The notes under the pieces: generated by a model
What the model was told of the DNA's origin: nothing
Databases searched by the model: none
What the model saw: the letters and a program-made list of their open reading frames with translations, nothing else
Assembly: GCF_003231495.1 (NCBI RefSeq)
Contig: NZ_PQWO01000013.1
Span: 136,901-168,900, forward strand
Source of the DNA: Acaryochloris thomasi RCC1774
Lineage (GTDB): Bacteria > Cyanobacteriota > Cyanobacteriia > Thermosynechococcales > Thermosynechococcaceae
Reading direction: 5' to 3'
DNA length: 32,000 nucleotides
Shown: in pieces, positions 14,760-24,881 of the stretch
Layout: each line of letters starts with the position of its first letter
Position numbering within the stretch: position 1 is the stretch's first letter
Made by a program: the position numbers and the translations under genes

Positions 14760-15743
14760 ATGGCTGAAGTTCTGTTATTTAATGCGCTGCGCGAAGCACT
14801 TGATGAAGAGATGGGGAAAGACCCGACCGTCATGGTAATGGGCGAGGATGTCGGCCATTACGGCGGCTCCTATAAAGTCACAAAAGGGCTATACGACAAA
14901 TATGGAGCCCTACGTGTCCTAGATACCCCCATCGCTGAAAACAGCTTCACCGGCATGGCTGTGGGTGCCGCCATGACAGGGCTAAAGCCAATCATCGAAG
15001 GCATGAACATGGGCTTCTTGCTCCTAGCCTTCAACCAAATCGCTAACAACGCCGGTATGCTGCGCTATACCTCCGGCGGTAACTTCAAGATCCCGATGGT
15101 AATTCGCGGACCGGGCGGAGTCGGACGGCAGCTAGGAGCTGAACACTCCCAACGCCTTGAAGCCTATTTTCAGGCTGTTCCGGGTCTAAAAATTGTGGCC
15201 TGCTCGACGCCCCACAACGCTAAGGGACTGCTTAAAGCAGCGATTCGAGATCCCAATCCGGTTTTATTCTTTGAGCATGTGCTGCTTTACAACCTTAAAG
15301 AAGAGCTGCCCAGCGAAGAGTACGTTCTGCCCCTCAATAAGGCAGAAGTGGTGCGCTCCGGCAAAGACGTGACGATCTTGACCTACTCTCGGATGCGGCA
15401 CCATGTCCTGCAGGCGGTGAAAACGCTGACAGCAGAAGGCTATGACCCTGAAGTCATTGATCTGATTTCTCTCAAGCCTCTAGACTTCGACACAATTGGC
15501 GAGTCAATTCGCAAAACCCACCGCGTGATTATTGTTGAAGAATGTATGAGAACGGGTGGCATTGGTGCTGAACTAACGGCTTCAATCAATGACCGACTGT
15601 TTGATGAACTAGATGCGCCTGTTCTCCGTCTATCTTCTCAAGACATTCCCACTCCCTATAACGGCAAGCTAGAAAACCTCACCATCGTCCAGCCTCAGCA
15701 AATTGTGGAAGCTGTACAAAAAATAGTAGCGCTGCAGGTTTAG
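14760..15743 (+). CDS. pdhB: Pyruvate dehydrogenase E1 component beta subunit
   Basis: 327 aa: [70 protein letters not shown]; typical transketolase-like E1-beta. Confidence 0.95.
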   Translation: MAEVLLFNALREALDEEMGKDPTVMVMGEDVGHYGGSYKVTKGLYDKYGALRVLDTPIAENSFTGMAVGAAMTGLKPIIEGMNMGFLLLAFNQIANNAGMLRYTSGGNFKIPMVIRGPGGVGRQLGAEHSQRLEAYFQAVPGLKIVACSTPHNAKGLLKAAIRDPNPVLFFEHVLLYNLKEELPSEEYVLPLNKAEVVRSGKDVTILTYSRMRHHVLQAVKTLTAEGYDPEVIDLISLKPLDFDTIGESIRKTHRVIIVEECMRTGGIGAELTASINDRLFDELDAPVLRLSSQDIPTPYNGKLENLTIVQPQQIVEAVQKIVALQV

Positions 15744-15854
15744 CGAGCGCCCAGAAAGTTTGGGCTGACTCCTGGGTTCTAGAAGGAAGTCGATGGTTAG
15801 GCTATCATTAGACCCCGGAAATATATTCATCATTGGACGGACAAGGTGGCTTAG

Positions 15855-17264
15855 GTGCTTGGCAAACAACGATTTTTACTAGCTTTTATTGTGGCCCTTG
15901 TGATCGGCGCGATGTTCGTGGTCACGCAGGTGCCGATCAAGCTGGGACTTGACCTGAGGGGTGGCTCTCAACTGACGCTGCAGGTGCAAACCAATGAGAA
16001 AGTGCCCGAAATTACGCCACGGGTACTAGAGGCCGTGCAGCGCGTCGTGGAAGGTCGCATTAATGCACTCGGCGTTTCTGAGTCGCTCGTTCAAACCTCC
16101 GGCACCAGTCAGCTTCTGGTACAGCTCCCCGGCGTGAGTGATCCCAAAGATGCAGAGCGAATTCTGGGCGGGACGGCACAGCTTGATTTTCGCCAGCAGA
16201 AGCAAGGGTCTGAAGCCCAGCTTCTGATTGAGCGGCAGCTACAGGAAGAGCATTTGATCGAGCAGGCACAGCTACAGGCTGCTGAGCAGACGCCCGAGAC
16301 CGAGAAAGCCCTGACAGATATTAAGGAGAAGCTAAAGGCAAGTGAAGATGCGATCGCAAAGCTTTACGAACCGGCAACCCTAACCGGCGACAATCTGCGC
16401 GATGCCTTTGCCCAGCCCCTGCAGGGATCGAACTCGTGGACCGTCGTGATTCGCTTCGATGGTACAGGCGGAGAAAAATTTGCTGAACTCACCAAAAACG
16501 TAGCCGGCACCGGACGTACATTGGGCATTTTTCTCGATGGCCGTCTTTTGAGTTCTCCAACCGTAGACGTCAAATTTGCAGAGAGCGGCATTACCGGCGG
16601 TAGCGCTGAAATTACCGGTGGCTTTACCGCAGAGTCAGGTAACGACCTCGCCGTTCAGCTTCGGGGTGGTGCCTTACCCGTCCCCGTACAGATCGTTGAG
16701 AACCGCACAGTGGGAGCCACCCTCGGTAAAGACAGTATTCGCAGCAGCGTCTATGCCGGTCTCGGTGGTCTTTTGCTCGTGCTGATTTTCATGGTCGCCT
16801 ACTATCGATTGCCCGGTGTAATTGCTGACGTCGCCCTCTGTGTCTATGGCTTGCTAACCTTTTCTATTTTTGTCCTAGTCGGCGTCACCTTAACGCTACC
16901 CGGAATAGCAGGCTTCATTTTGAGTATTGGCATGGCCGTAGACGCCAATGTTTTAATCTTTGAGCGCACCCGCGAAGAGCTGAGATCAGGCCGGACCCTC
17001 TATCGCTCTATTGAGTCTGGCTTCAATCGCGCCTTCACAAGTATTCTAGACAGCAATGTCACCACGCTGATCGCCTGCAGCGTGCTGATCTGGTTAGGAT
17101 CTGGCCTCGTCCGCGGTTTTGCCATTACGCTCGCCATTGGCGTTTGCATGAGCATGTTCACCGCCATTACCTGTAGCCGCACCCTAATGTTCTCAGCCAT
17201 CAGCTTCCCCAACCTGCGTAAGGCCGAGCTATTTGACACGAAAAAGGTAAAGGTCGTCTCATGA
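15855..17264 (+). CDS. secD: Protein translocase subunit SecD
   Basis: 469 aa, GTG start. [27 protein letters not shown], then six C-terminal TM helices with [19 protein letters not shown]. Confidence 0.93.
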   Translation: MLGKQRFLLAFIVALVIGAMFVVTQVPIKLGLDLRGGSQLTLQVQTNEKVPEITPRVLEAVQRVVEGRINALGVSESLVQTSGTSQLLVQLPGVSDPKDAERILGGTAQLDFRQQKQGSEAQLLIERQLQEEHLIEQAQLQAAEQTPETEKALTDIKEKLKASEDAIAKLYEPATLTGDNLRDAFAQPLQGSNSWTVVIRFDGTGGEKFAELTKNVAGTGRTLGIFLDGRLLSSPTVDVKFAESGITGGSAEITGGFTAESGNDLAVQLRGGALPVPVQIVENRTVGATLGKDSIRSSVYAGLGGLLLVLIFMVAYYRLPGVIADVALCVYGLLTFSIFVLVGVTLTLPGIAGFILSIGMAVDANVLIFERTREELRSGRTLYRSIESGFNRAFTSILDSNVTTLIACSVLIWLGSGLVRGFAITLAIGVCMSMFTAITCSRTLMFSAISFPNLRKAELFDTKKVKVVS

Positions 17265-18226
17265 AACTCAACCTAACCAAGCGCCGTTCTCTGTGGTGGT
17301 CTATCTCCGCTGTCGCCATCGCCGTGGGCATTGCCGCAATGGTGTTCTCGTGGCAACAGTACCAGGCTCCACTGCGGTTGGGACTCGATTTTTTGGGCGG
17401 CACCCGTCTCCAGTTTGAGCGGGACTGCACCCAGGCTGATTGTCAGTCCCCTATCACCCCAGAAGAGGTCCGGTCTGTGCTTTCAGACAAGGGCCTCGGG
17501 AACAGTAATATTCAGGTCCTAGGAAACGAGAGGCAAGCCGTTTCTATTCGAACTCAGCCCTTAGACGTTGAGAAGCGAACCGACCTCCAAACGGCCTTAG
17601 TTGAAAAGCTAGGGACCTTCGACAATCAGAAGACTCAGATCGACACCGTTGGCCCCACCCTGGGCAAGCAGCTTTTAACCTCCGGTTTATTGGCTCTATT
17701 TGTCTCCTTTGGCGGCATTATTGTCTATCTCACCATTCGCTTCCAGTTTGACTATGCCCTGTTTGCGATCGTGGCTCTGTTTCACGACATCTTAATTACA
17801 ATGGGGGCCTTCTCAATTCTGGGTTTGGTGACTGGCTTAGAAGTCAACAGCCTATTCATCGTTGGTCTGCTGACGATTATTGGCTTCTCAGTCAACGATA
17901 CTGTGGTTATCTACGACCGCATTCGTGAAAACTTTAAGCTCAAGGGCAGTAAAGGAAATGTTGGAGAAGCCGTAGACCTATCGGTTAACCAGACGCTAGG
18001 ACGCTCAATCAACACCACGCTCACGACAACCCTCCCGTTACTGGCCATTTATTTCTTTGGTGGCGAAACTCTTAAAGACTTTGCCCTAACTCTGATGGTC
18101 GGTTTCTTAGCAGGAGCCTATTCCAGCATTTTTATCGCCAGTACGCTTCTTGGCTGGTGGCGTGAACGTCGCGCCCCTCAAAACGCCAGTTTTGAAGCAA
18201 CAATACCCAGCCCAAAAGAGAACTAA
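17261..18226 (+). CDS. secF: Protein translocase subunit SecF
   Basis: 321 aa. [29 protein letters not shown]. Its start overlaps the secD stop (ATGA), which suggests translational coupling. Confidence 0.93.
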   Translation: MKLNLTKRRSLWWSISAVAIAVGIAAMVFSWQQYQAPLRLGLDFLGGTRLQFERDCTQADCQSPITPEEVRSVLSDKGLGNSNIQVLGNERQAVSIRTQPLDVEKRTDLQTALVEKLGTFDNQKTQIDTVGPTLGKQLLTSGLLALFVSFGGIIVYLTIRFQFDYALFAIVALFHDILITMGAFSILGLVTGLEVNSLFIVGLLTIIGFSVNDTVVIYDRIRENFKLKGSKGNVGEAVDLSVNQTLGRSINTTLTTTLPLLAIYFFGGETLKDFALTLMVGFLAGAYSSIFIASTLLGWWRERRAPQNASFEATIPSPKEN

Positions 18227-18235
18227 GAGTCGGTG

Positions 18236-18670
18236 ATGGGTAGACTTTTAAAAGACAAAACACACCCTACCGACCCAATGGCATATCAAGATCCGCAATT
18301 GAAGGCAGAAATCGGGCGTTTACATCAACTGACGGTCTATGGGCGATGGTTGTTTGTATTTTGCCTGTGGATAACCGTTGGCCTCTTGAGCTTCATGGGC
18401 CTCAGATCTAGCATCGACCTGTGGCTGGAATACTTTACCTGGGCCGCCTTCCGGGCTGCTTTTCGCTACAATGGCTTGGCAACAGCCGGACTGGGCCTTT
18501 GTTTGGGCACAACGCTGGCAGTATTGCTGTGGCAAAGCCGCAATATTCTTTTTGGTCTGCCCAAGCAAGAACGAACTCGCCTTAGACAGCGGGTAATGAA
18601 GATTCGCCAGCAAGGTCACAACCATCCTCTCTGGAAGCTGGTTTGTCAGAGCAAATCTCGCCCTCAGTAA
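18236..18670 (+). CDS. Hypothetical membrane protein (2-3 TM helices) downstream of secF
   Basis: ORF track 18233..18670 (GTG immediately followed by ATG at 18236). Hydrophobic WLFVFCLWITVGLLSFMGL and LATAGLGLCLGTTLAVLLW. No family recognised. Confidence 0.6.
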   Translation: MGRLLKDKTHPTDPMAYQDPQLKAEIGRLHQLTVYGRWLFVFCLWITVGLLSFMGLRSSIDLWLEYFTWAAFRAAFRYNGLATAGLGLCLGTTLAVLLWQSRNILFGLPKQERTRLRQRVMKIRQQGHNHPLWKLVCQSKSRPQ

Positions 18671-18721
18671 GGATTTTAGCTATATCTGACAAAAGTACAG
18701 CCTTACGAATAGAGTCGGCTG

Positions 18722-19132
18722 TTATTGATTGAATCCCTTCCGATATTTCATCAGGCGCTTATGTTGCCGGGTTTCTGGTGATGAGATGTAGACAGGTTTA
18801 ATTTGTTCAAGTGCGGTCAGCTTGGCTAATTTGAGAGCATCATCCTTATCGGTTTTGCATTTTACATTCTTCCATTGCCAAGCATCTGCACTGGGATTGG
18901 CCACCAACACCGAATATCCCAGTTGCTGACACAAGTCGTGAATTTGACCACAAATCGTACCAGTCTCGAAGACAACTTTGTCGGGTTGAGTTTCATAGAG
19001 CAATTGCTAAAAAGCCAAGCGAAGAGTAGGTATGGCCTAGAACTGAGTTTGATTACTGTCGGTCTCAAAGAGGCAGGAAACGCTCTTTAATTTTCCTAAA
19101 TCAATTGCCAGAATCTTCATATAAACCTTCAT
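18722..19132 (-). pseudogene. Decayed IS110-family transposase gene (N-terminal DEDD domain fragment only)
   Basis: The minus strand from ATG 19132 or 19120 reads MKVYMKILAIDLGKLKSVSCLFETDSNQTQF*AIPTLRLAF*QLLYETQPDKVVFETGTICGQIHDLCQQLGYSVLVANP... It has two in-frame TAG stops (19039-19037 and 19009-19007). It ends after about 135 codons, whereas I recall intact IS110 transposases being several-fold longer. Confidence 0.8.
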
Positions 19133-19610
19133 CAATGGTAACTGTGAGGGTCGTTGCACCGACCTCCAGAGTATTGGAGGCTTTTCTTCACAGCTTACAT
19201 AGATTCTAGAGACGTGTAATAAGCTTCTAGAGACCTATACACAGCAAAGCTTTTAGGAATAATTATTTTCAAGCTTTTCAACCATTTAGATCACACCAAT
19301 TTTTTTAAAAGCCTTACCCTTACGAAATTCCATCTAAATCAACGGGGGGTGAATCGCTTATTCAAACGGAACCGGCACTGTTTACATCTAGGCTGATCCC
19401 CTTGTGCTTTATGTTCCCAGCAATCTCAGCGAGAGATCTAGATTGTGATGCCAAGAAGTTGAGTCTGTTGGGACATTAGGCAAGCCAAGGGGGCTGAATC
19501 GTTCGTTTTGTTCTGCAGGATGATTGATTGGGGCAGATTATTCAATATTTCAGATCGGCAGTTCTGGAAACCCGCAACCAGTTGTCCAGTAATATCGGAA
19601 TCGGGTGCAT

Positions 19611-20471
19611 CTACAGAACTTTTAGACTTTTCAAACTCTGTCGAGTCACTGCGGCTCTAGTACTCAGATCTGCCTCATCGCGAATGTTGATATTGGTAGC
19701 GAAGAAGTAAGTATTGTCATCTTGTTCCACATAGCCAACATACCAACCGATCTGGGATTCGGATGCCCAGCCGGTTTTGGCACGCATTGTATAGTCTGGG
19801 GTTCGCTCCACGATCATGATGTTTTTTACGGTTGCGATCGCATCATCTGAGAAGGGCAATTCATTTTTATGTAAGCGTCGCAGAAACTGAATTTGCTGGT
19901 GGGGCGTGATCCGTAAATCGCCCGTTAGCCAGAAGGTATCAATATCGTCTGCCTCTCCGATGGCTTGGTTGCCGTAGCCAACTTTAGCAATCCACTGCTG
20001 CATTCGTTCGTAGCCAATGCGACGAGCTAAGACCTGATAGAACCAGACTGCTGATACCTGAATAGCTGTCTGCATATTGAGATCTCGATTCCATGCTGGA
20101 ATACTCCGTTCTACTCCGTCCCAAGTCAAAATTGAGAGTTCGTTGTCAATCACCCCAGTTTCTAGAGCGATCAGCGAGTTTAGAACTTTAAAGGTGGAGG
20201 CGGGTAAAAAGGGGGTCACATTCCGCTCAGGGTTGTGCTGATAGGTGCGGTCTCGCTCCAGGTCATAGATTAAGATCGAGCCTTTCACACCCAAGTCTCG
20301 GAAATGCTGAGCAAAGTCAGGCTGTGTGAACTTGTTTTGCTGAGTCACCAAGGGTGCTGCAGATGCAAGAATGGACGAATCTAGGAAAGGTGACAGTGTG
20401 ATGCAAATGCTTGCGATCACACAGTTAAGCCCATAAAAGATATTTTTCATCTTGTCTTGTCTACGCTCCAT
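19611..20471 (-). CDS. Class D (OXA-type) beta-lactamase, secreted
   Basis: 286 aa (alternative start MKNIFYG at 20450). All class D boxes are present: STFK (ASTFKV hand-located at 20183-20200), SAV, YGN, KTG, WYVGY. It has a hydrophobic N-terminal signal-like segment. Confidence 0.88.
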   Translation of the reverse strand: MERRQDKMKNIFYGLNCVIASICITLSPFLDSSILASAAPLVTQQNKFTQPDFAQHFRDLGVKGSILIYDLERDRTYQHNPERNVTPFLPASTFKVLNSLIALETGVIDNELSILTWDGVERSIPAWNRDLNMQTAIQVSAVWFYQVLARRIGYERMQQWIAKVGYGNQAIGEADDIDTFWLTGDLRITPHQQIQFLRRLHKNELPFSDDAIATVKNIMIVERTPDYTMRAKTGWASESQIGWYVGYVEQDDNTYFFATNINIRDEADLSTRAAVTRQSLKSLKVL

Positions 20472-20733
20472 TGCACCGCCATTTTAAATACTAATCTCAC
20501 ACTGACTATGAAATAGACAACACAGCCCATATAGGCCCAGAACGGAACGAATCTGACTGTAAAAACCTCGAAACTTTTCTAATTGAGTTCGGACGATTGC
20601 AGCATCCACACGCGTTTACCGATGATTATGCAGTTGGGTCAAGAGATCCAGAATGTTGCTGTGCAGGTATCTGCCAGTGCATTGACACTTTTCCTGTTTC
20701 AGCTTCCAGCATAGATATATACAAGGTTCAATT

Positions 20734-21192
20734 ATGCATGTATCGCTCCGTGAGGTCACGGCTGAGACGGTCCGCAGCGTGGCTGACCTGACTGTGAATG
20801 ACGCCCAAAAACACTTCGTCGCCAGTAATGCATTCTCCTTAGCCCAGGCACTCTTCAGCGAAGAAGCCTGGTATCGAGCTATCTATAACGGAGAGTCACC
20901 CGTTGGCTTTGTCATGCTCTATGACGAAACCCTGCGCTCTAATCCACCGGCAAATCCAAAAGTAACGCTTTGGCGATCCATGGTGGATGCTAATTGTCAA
21001 AGGCAGGGGGTTGGTACGGCGGCCCTAAAACTTATCATTGATCATGTTCGTTCACAGGGCTTCTCTTCTTTGACGACCTCCTATGTGCCAGGTCCTGGTT
21101 GTCCTGAGGGCTTCTACTTGAGAAACGGTTTTCGTCCTACAGGGGGAGTTGAGGATGGAGAAACTATCATGGAACTCCTCTTGACGGCCTGA
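20734..21192 (+). CDS. GNAT family N-acetyltransferase
   Basis: 152 aa with the acetyl-CoA motif QRQGVGTAALKLIIDHV and a C-terminal FYLRNGF block. Substrate unknown. Confidence 0.8.
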   Translation: MHVSLREVTAETVRSVADLTVNDAQKHFVASNAFSLAQALFSEEAWYRAIYNGESPVGFVMLYDETLRSNPPANPKVTLWRSMVDANCQRQGVGTAALKLIIDHVRSQGFSSLTTSYVPGPGCPEGFYLRNGFRPTGGVEDGETIMELLLTA

Positions 21193-21237
21193 GCTGGAGT
21201 AAACAGCGATTGCAAATCATCGATGTATATGTGTACA

Positions 21238-21873
21238 TCAAGTCAGCAGATACTGATGCGCCCAAAGGGCCGCTTGGGTGCGATCTCGTACATCCAGCAC
21301 ACAAAAGATGTTCGTCATGTGATTTTTGATCGTCCCCTCCGTCAGATTCAGGGCTGCGGCAATCTCGCGGTTGCTTTGTCCCTGACCTAAAAGCCGAAGA
21401 ATCTCCAGTTCTCGCTCACTAAACTGGTTATAGTCTGTTTGTTCATGACCCATGTGCGGATCGAGGTGAGAAAAAACCTTGGGCGCAATGGTAGGGCCAA
21501 GCTGACTGTATCCCTGATGCAGATGGCGGATGGCCGCTGCAACCTCTGGGGCGGGCGTACTTTTGAGCAGATATCCTAATGCTCCCGCCTGCAGCGACTG
21601 AAACACATACTCATCGTCATCAAAGGTGGTCAAAACCAGAATCCGGATCCAGGGATAGCGGGCATGAATTTCTTGAGTGGCCTGGACGCCATCACAGATG
21701 GGCATCCGCACATCCATTAGCACGACATCAGGCTGAAGACGATGGGTAAGTGCGATCGCATCTTGCCCGTGATTGGCTTCACCCACGACCTCTAAATCTT
21801 CTTCAAGGGAGAGAAGCGACGCGAGACCCTGACGAAAAATCGGCTGATCATCAGTCAGCAAGAGTCGAATCAT
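21238..21873 (-). CDS. NarL/FixJ (LuxR-type HTH) response regulator
   Basis: 211 aa. Receiver domain (LLTDDQ, VVLMDVRMP, LKS) plus LuxR HTH (SERELEILRLLGQGQSNREIAAALNLTEGTIKNHMTNI). The start overlaps the kinase stop by 4 nt (ATGA at 21870-21873). Confidence 0.92.
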   Translation of the reverse strand: MIRLLLTDDQPIFRQGLASLLSLEEDLEVVGEANHGQDAIALTHRLQPDVVLMDVRMPICDGVQATQEIHARYPWIRILVLTTFDDDEYVFQSLQAGALGYLLKSTPAPEVAAAIRHLHQGYSQLGPTIAPKVFSHLDPHMGHEQTDYNQFSERELEILRLLGQGQSNREIAAALNLTEGTIKNHMTNIFCVLDVRDRTQAALWAHQYLLT

Positions 21874-23093
21874 TGCGGCACCGTGACCTGCAGGCAGGTT
21901 CCCTTTCCAGGCGTACTATTGACCTGTATCGAGCCGCCAATCAACTGCGCTCGCTCCCGCATGCCTCGTAAGCCAAATCCAGCGGTTGACTGAGTCAAAT
22001 CAAAGCCAATGCCATTGTCTTCCAACATGAGAGTGACACCTGTAGATGAAGTCTGTCCCTGCAGGGTAATGAACTGAGCCTGACTGTGTCTGCGGATATT
22101 CTCTAATCCTTCTTTGACGATGCAGTAAAGCTGGTGACTGGTTTGCAGCGGCAGTTTGGGTAGATCAATTTTAGTCTCGACTGTTAAAGATGATGGCTCA
22201 GAGGTTAAAGATTCTATCAGGCGAGTCAGGGCCAGATTGAGATCAAACGCTTCCTCTCGCATGGTCGTCACGGCACGACGGACCTCCCGTACCGATTGCC
22301 CCGCCAACATTTTCGAGGTATTCAGAGCCTGCTGAACCTGGTCAGACTTTCGTTCATAGAGCCGTTGCGCTAGTTCTAGCTGCACGTCGAGAGACGTAAG
22401 AGTGTGTCCGAGGGAATCATGAATATCGCGGGCAATCCGGGTGCGCTCTAAATCCGCCGCTAGAATCTCGACTTCCCGAGCTAAGTCTGCTTCTCGATAA
22501 CGGCTTTTCCGTTCAGAGATGATCGTAAAACCCAGCAATATGAGCAAGGAGCTGGCCGTAATGAAAATGCTGACATTGTTGAGGACAAGATTAAAAATAG
22601 CGAGGGGGTGAGGAATTGCATAAAACTCTTCTATCTCAGCTTGCATGACCTCAATAGGTTGCGAAAATCTCGTCACAAAGTATTGAACTAAAACCATATG
22701 CCACGCAGTACCAGAAGCAATCGTCGTGAAGATGACTTCCCGCTGACTGAGCAGAAAGCAACTTTTCACAATGATGAGATACAGCAACAGATCTAAGCCC
22801 CAGTGCGACCATAGGCGAGTCGATAAAAGGCAGCCAATTTCGACCCAGATATAAATGCGCCGCTGCCAAAGGGGACGATGAATGGGGAACCAAAAGCTCA
22901 GAATTGCCAACAGCCCGAACACGACAAAGACAAGTAAGTCCCCGATATCGCCTTCGTAGGCAAAGGACGGGTATAGAATTGGGAATAGAATCCTGAGGGC
23001 GATGATGCTTAAAAAAAGCCACTCTAGGTACCGCAGAATTTTAGGGATTGAGGGGGATGTCGTGAAGATAGTCTCCGTTGCTCTGCGGGTCAT
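21870..23093 (-). CDS. HisKA_3-type sensor histidine kinase with polytopic membrane N-terminus
   Basis: 407 aa. About 190 N-terminal residues form 5-6 hydrophobic helices joined by short loops. These are followed by the H-box RIARDIHDSLGHTLTSL and a HATPase_c domain (DNGIGF, GFGLRGMRERA). Confidence 0.9.
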   Translation of the reverse strand: MTRRATETIFTTSPSIPKILRYLEWLFLSIIALRILFPILYPSFAYEGDIGDLLVFVVFGLLAILSFWFPIHRPLWQRRIYIWVEIGCLLSTRLWSHWGLDLLLYLIIVKSCFLLSQREVIFTTIASGTAWHMVLVQYFVTRFSQPIEVMQAEIEEFYAIPHPLAIFNLVLNNVSIFITASSLLILLGFTIISERKSRYREADLAREVEILAADLERTRIARDIHDSLGHTLTSLDVQLELAQRLYERKSDQVQQALNTSKMLAGQSVREVRRAVTTMREEAFDLNLALTRLIESLTSEPSSLTVETKIDLPKLPLQTSHQLYCIVKEGLENIRRHSQAQFITLQGQTSSTGVTLMLEDNGIGFDLTQSTAGFGLRGMRERAQLIGGSIQVNSTPGKGTCLQVTVPQ

Positions 23094-23193
23094 GGCAGCG
23101 TCCCTCCTGTAGACCTTGATCTTATCGAAGCTAGCTTAAGATCGCGATGACAAACGTCATGCAACTGAGTGACCTTTTGTTATGGACTGGTGT

Positions 23194-23895
23194 CTAGGCC
23201 GCACTGACATCCAAAGCAGGTGTAGGGACTAAATATCCATCTTCCATGTATACAATTCGGTCGGCAATGTCCAAAATGCGGTTGTCGTGGGTGACTAGCA
23301 AAATAGTGCATCCCTGCTCCTGAGCAAGACGCTGCATGATCTCTACGACATCGCGACCTGACTTTTTATCTAGGGCGGCGGTGGGTTCGTCGGCCAGGAT
23401 AATTTTAGGGTGACTGACGAGGGCACGGGCAATCGCAACCCGCTGTCGCTGTCCACCGGAGAGAGCGTCGGGATAATAGTTGATGCGATCTGCTAAACCA
23501 ACGGCGGTGAGCATATTGGATGCGATCGCATCTAAATCCTGTTCTAAAAAAGAATCATGCAGCTCCAAAGACATCCGAACGTTTTGCTTGGCCGTCAGAA
23601 AGCTCAACAGATTGTGAGCTTGAAAGATATAGCCAATGTTGCAGCGAAGCTTACCAAGCTGCTGCTTTGAAGCCCCCAAAATCTCTTGACCGAGAATTGT
23701 GAGGCTACCGCTTTGAGCGGCTCTCAGGCCACCCAACAGCGTTAGTAGTGTTGTTTTGCCCGAACCCGAGGGACCGGTGAGGATGACGATTTCGCCAGCC
23801 CTGATCTCTAGATCAATATCAAATAAGACCTGCTTCTGGAGCTGACCTTCACCAAAATGGTGGCTGAGTTGATGAGCAGTAATGATGGCAGACAT
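23194..23895 (-). CDS. DevA/MacB-type ABC exporter ATP-binding protein
   Basis: Start chosen at MSAIITAHQLSHHFG (cat at 23893-23895); the ORF-track extension to 24018 has no family support. Walker A GPSGSGKTT, signature LSGGQRQRVAIARAL, Walker B ILADEPTAALD. Confidence 0.9.
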   Translation of the reverse strand: MSAIITAHQLSHHFGEGQLQKQVLFDIDLEIRAGEIVILTGPSGSGKTTLLTLLGGLRAAQSGSLTILGQEILGASKQQLGKLRCNIGYIFQAHNLLSFLTAKQNVRMSLELHDSFLEQDLDAIASNMLTAVGLADRINYYPDALSGGQRQRVAIARALVSHPKIILADEPTAALDKKSGRDVVEIMQRLAQEQGCTILLVTHDNRILDIADRIVYMEDGYLVPTPALDVSAA

Positions 23896-24115
23896 AGTGT
23901 TCCTTTCACAGAAACTTAGAACAGCGACACAAGCGAAGAGGTTGCTTTGAAGTGAGCAAGATATCTGAATTGGCTCCCTGAATTTCCCACCAGTGAGGGA
24001 CTTTGGGACTGGAGTCAATATAAGGAGCAGCCATATGGTTTAACGGAAGGGTGGACGGTCTCTCCCCCAATTCTGGAGGGAGACGGGGGGCGAATGCAGT
24101 GCTTTCTTGGAATCC

Positions 24116-24838
24116 TCAAACATCCTCATCAAGCGAATGTCCTAAAAACCACTCGTAGCCCGCTTTGAATTGAGCCTTGCCGCCGGTCTCTACAACATTG
24201 CCATGGGCCGGAATGACGCTATCAAAATCCCATTCCAAGACGTGTCGAACAGAAACCTCGACCTTTTCTTTGTCTGGACTACCCCACTTCTCTAAATAGG
24301 ATGGTCTGAGCGCTTTGTAGAATCCCAACGCTTGCGCAGCCAGCTGCATTTCCCAGCTACTTTCCTCGTCAAAGTTGAAGGCTGTATCCGTAAGAATGAG
24401 ACTCCGACTCGACCGATGCAAAAAGACGGTTTCATTGGCCAAGGAAGCTCCCCCTGGCAAGATTGTCCCAAAGCCTTCAAAGGGAAAGTAATCGAGTTCT
24501 TCGTCAAAATTCCCAATCTGGTTGAGAAGGGCATCCAGCTCCAGATCTGGGCACTTATCCACTAAGCCTTCGACACCCCAGACCTTTGCGGTGGGGAAGA
24601 GAGACTGGGCTTGCTTCAAAAAAAGGTGATGGAACAGATTAGGGGCAATTAAATGCCGAACGGTTCCAAGTGCACCTATTGCTGCAACATCACTCTCCTC
24701 CAGACGAATAGGAGAAATCAGAATCAGATCGTCCTGGTTGAGTCGGACCACGACCATGCGTGTGCCAACCTCTAGACCTAGAAATCGCAGCGGCTGAGTT
24801 GCAGTCCAGAGATTGTCTGCTAAAGAGATGAGGTTCAT
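24116..24838 (-). CDS. DUF4336-like protein (metallo-beta-lactamase-fold-like, function unknown)
   Basis: Start chosen at MNLISLADNLW (cat 24836-24838), which removes the overlap with devC. Hallmarks as I remember the family: LWTATQPLRFLGLEVGTRMVVVRL, LILISPIRL, RHLIAPNLFHHLF, FPTAKVWG, LILTDTAFNF. Confidence 0.65.
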   Translation of the reverse strand: MNLISLADNLWTATQPLRFLGLEVGTRMVVVRLNQDDLILISPIRLEESDVAAIGALGTVRHLIAPNLFHHLFLKQAQSLFPTAKVWGVEGLVDKCPDLELDALLNQIGNFDEELDYFPFEGFGTILPGGASLANETVFLHRSSRSLILTDTAFNFDEESSWEMQLAAQALGFYKALRPSYLEKWGSPDKEKVEVSVRHVLEWDFDSVIPAHGNVVETGGKAQFKAGYEWFLGHSLDEDV

Positions 24839-24881
24839 AATAGCTTGATACCAATGGTGTACAAGGGATAAAACTAAGACA

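Noticed and set aside
14603-14833. 76-aa minus ORF overlapping the pdhB start
   Set aside because: It is antisense to the highly conserved pdhB N-terminus and shows no motifs.
19163-19180. Short hairpin CCTCCA-gagtat-TGGAGG followed by CTTTTCTT
   Set aside because: The stem is only 6 bp and no plus-strand gene ends nearby for it to terminate. It may belong to the decayed IS110 end.
22651-23022. 123-aa alternative-frame minus ORF inside the histidine kinase gene
   Set aside because: It is out of frame with the kinase, which has clear H-box and ATPase motifs.
21238-23093. Two-component system as the SphS/SphR (PhoR/PhoB) phosphate sensor for the phosphatase genes
   Set aside because: The regulator is NarL/LuxR-type and the kinase HisKA_3-type, whereas Pho regulators are OmpR/PhoB winged-helix types. 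Its linkage is to the efflux cluster.
23896-24018. 41-codon N-terminal extension of the DevA ATPase (and similarly 24839-24934 for the DUF4336-like gene)
   Set aside because: The family-typical N-termini begin at MSAIITAHQL and MNLISLADNLW. The second extension would overlap devC by 53 nt.
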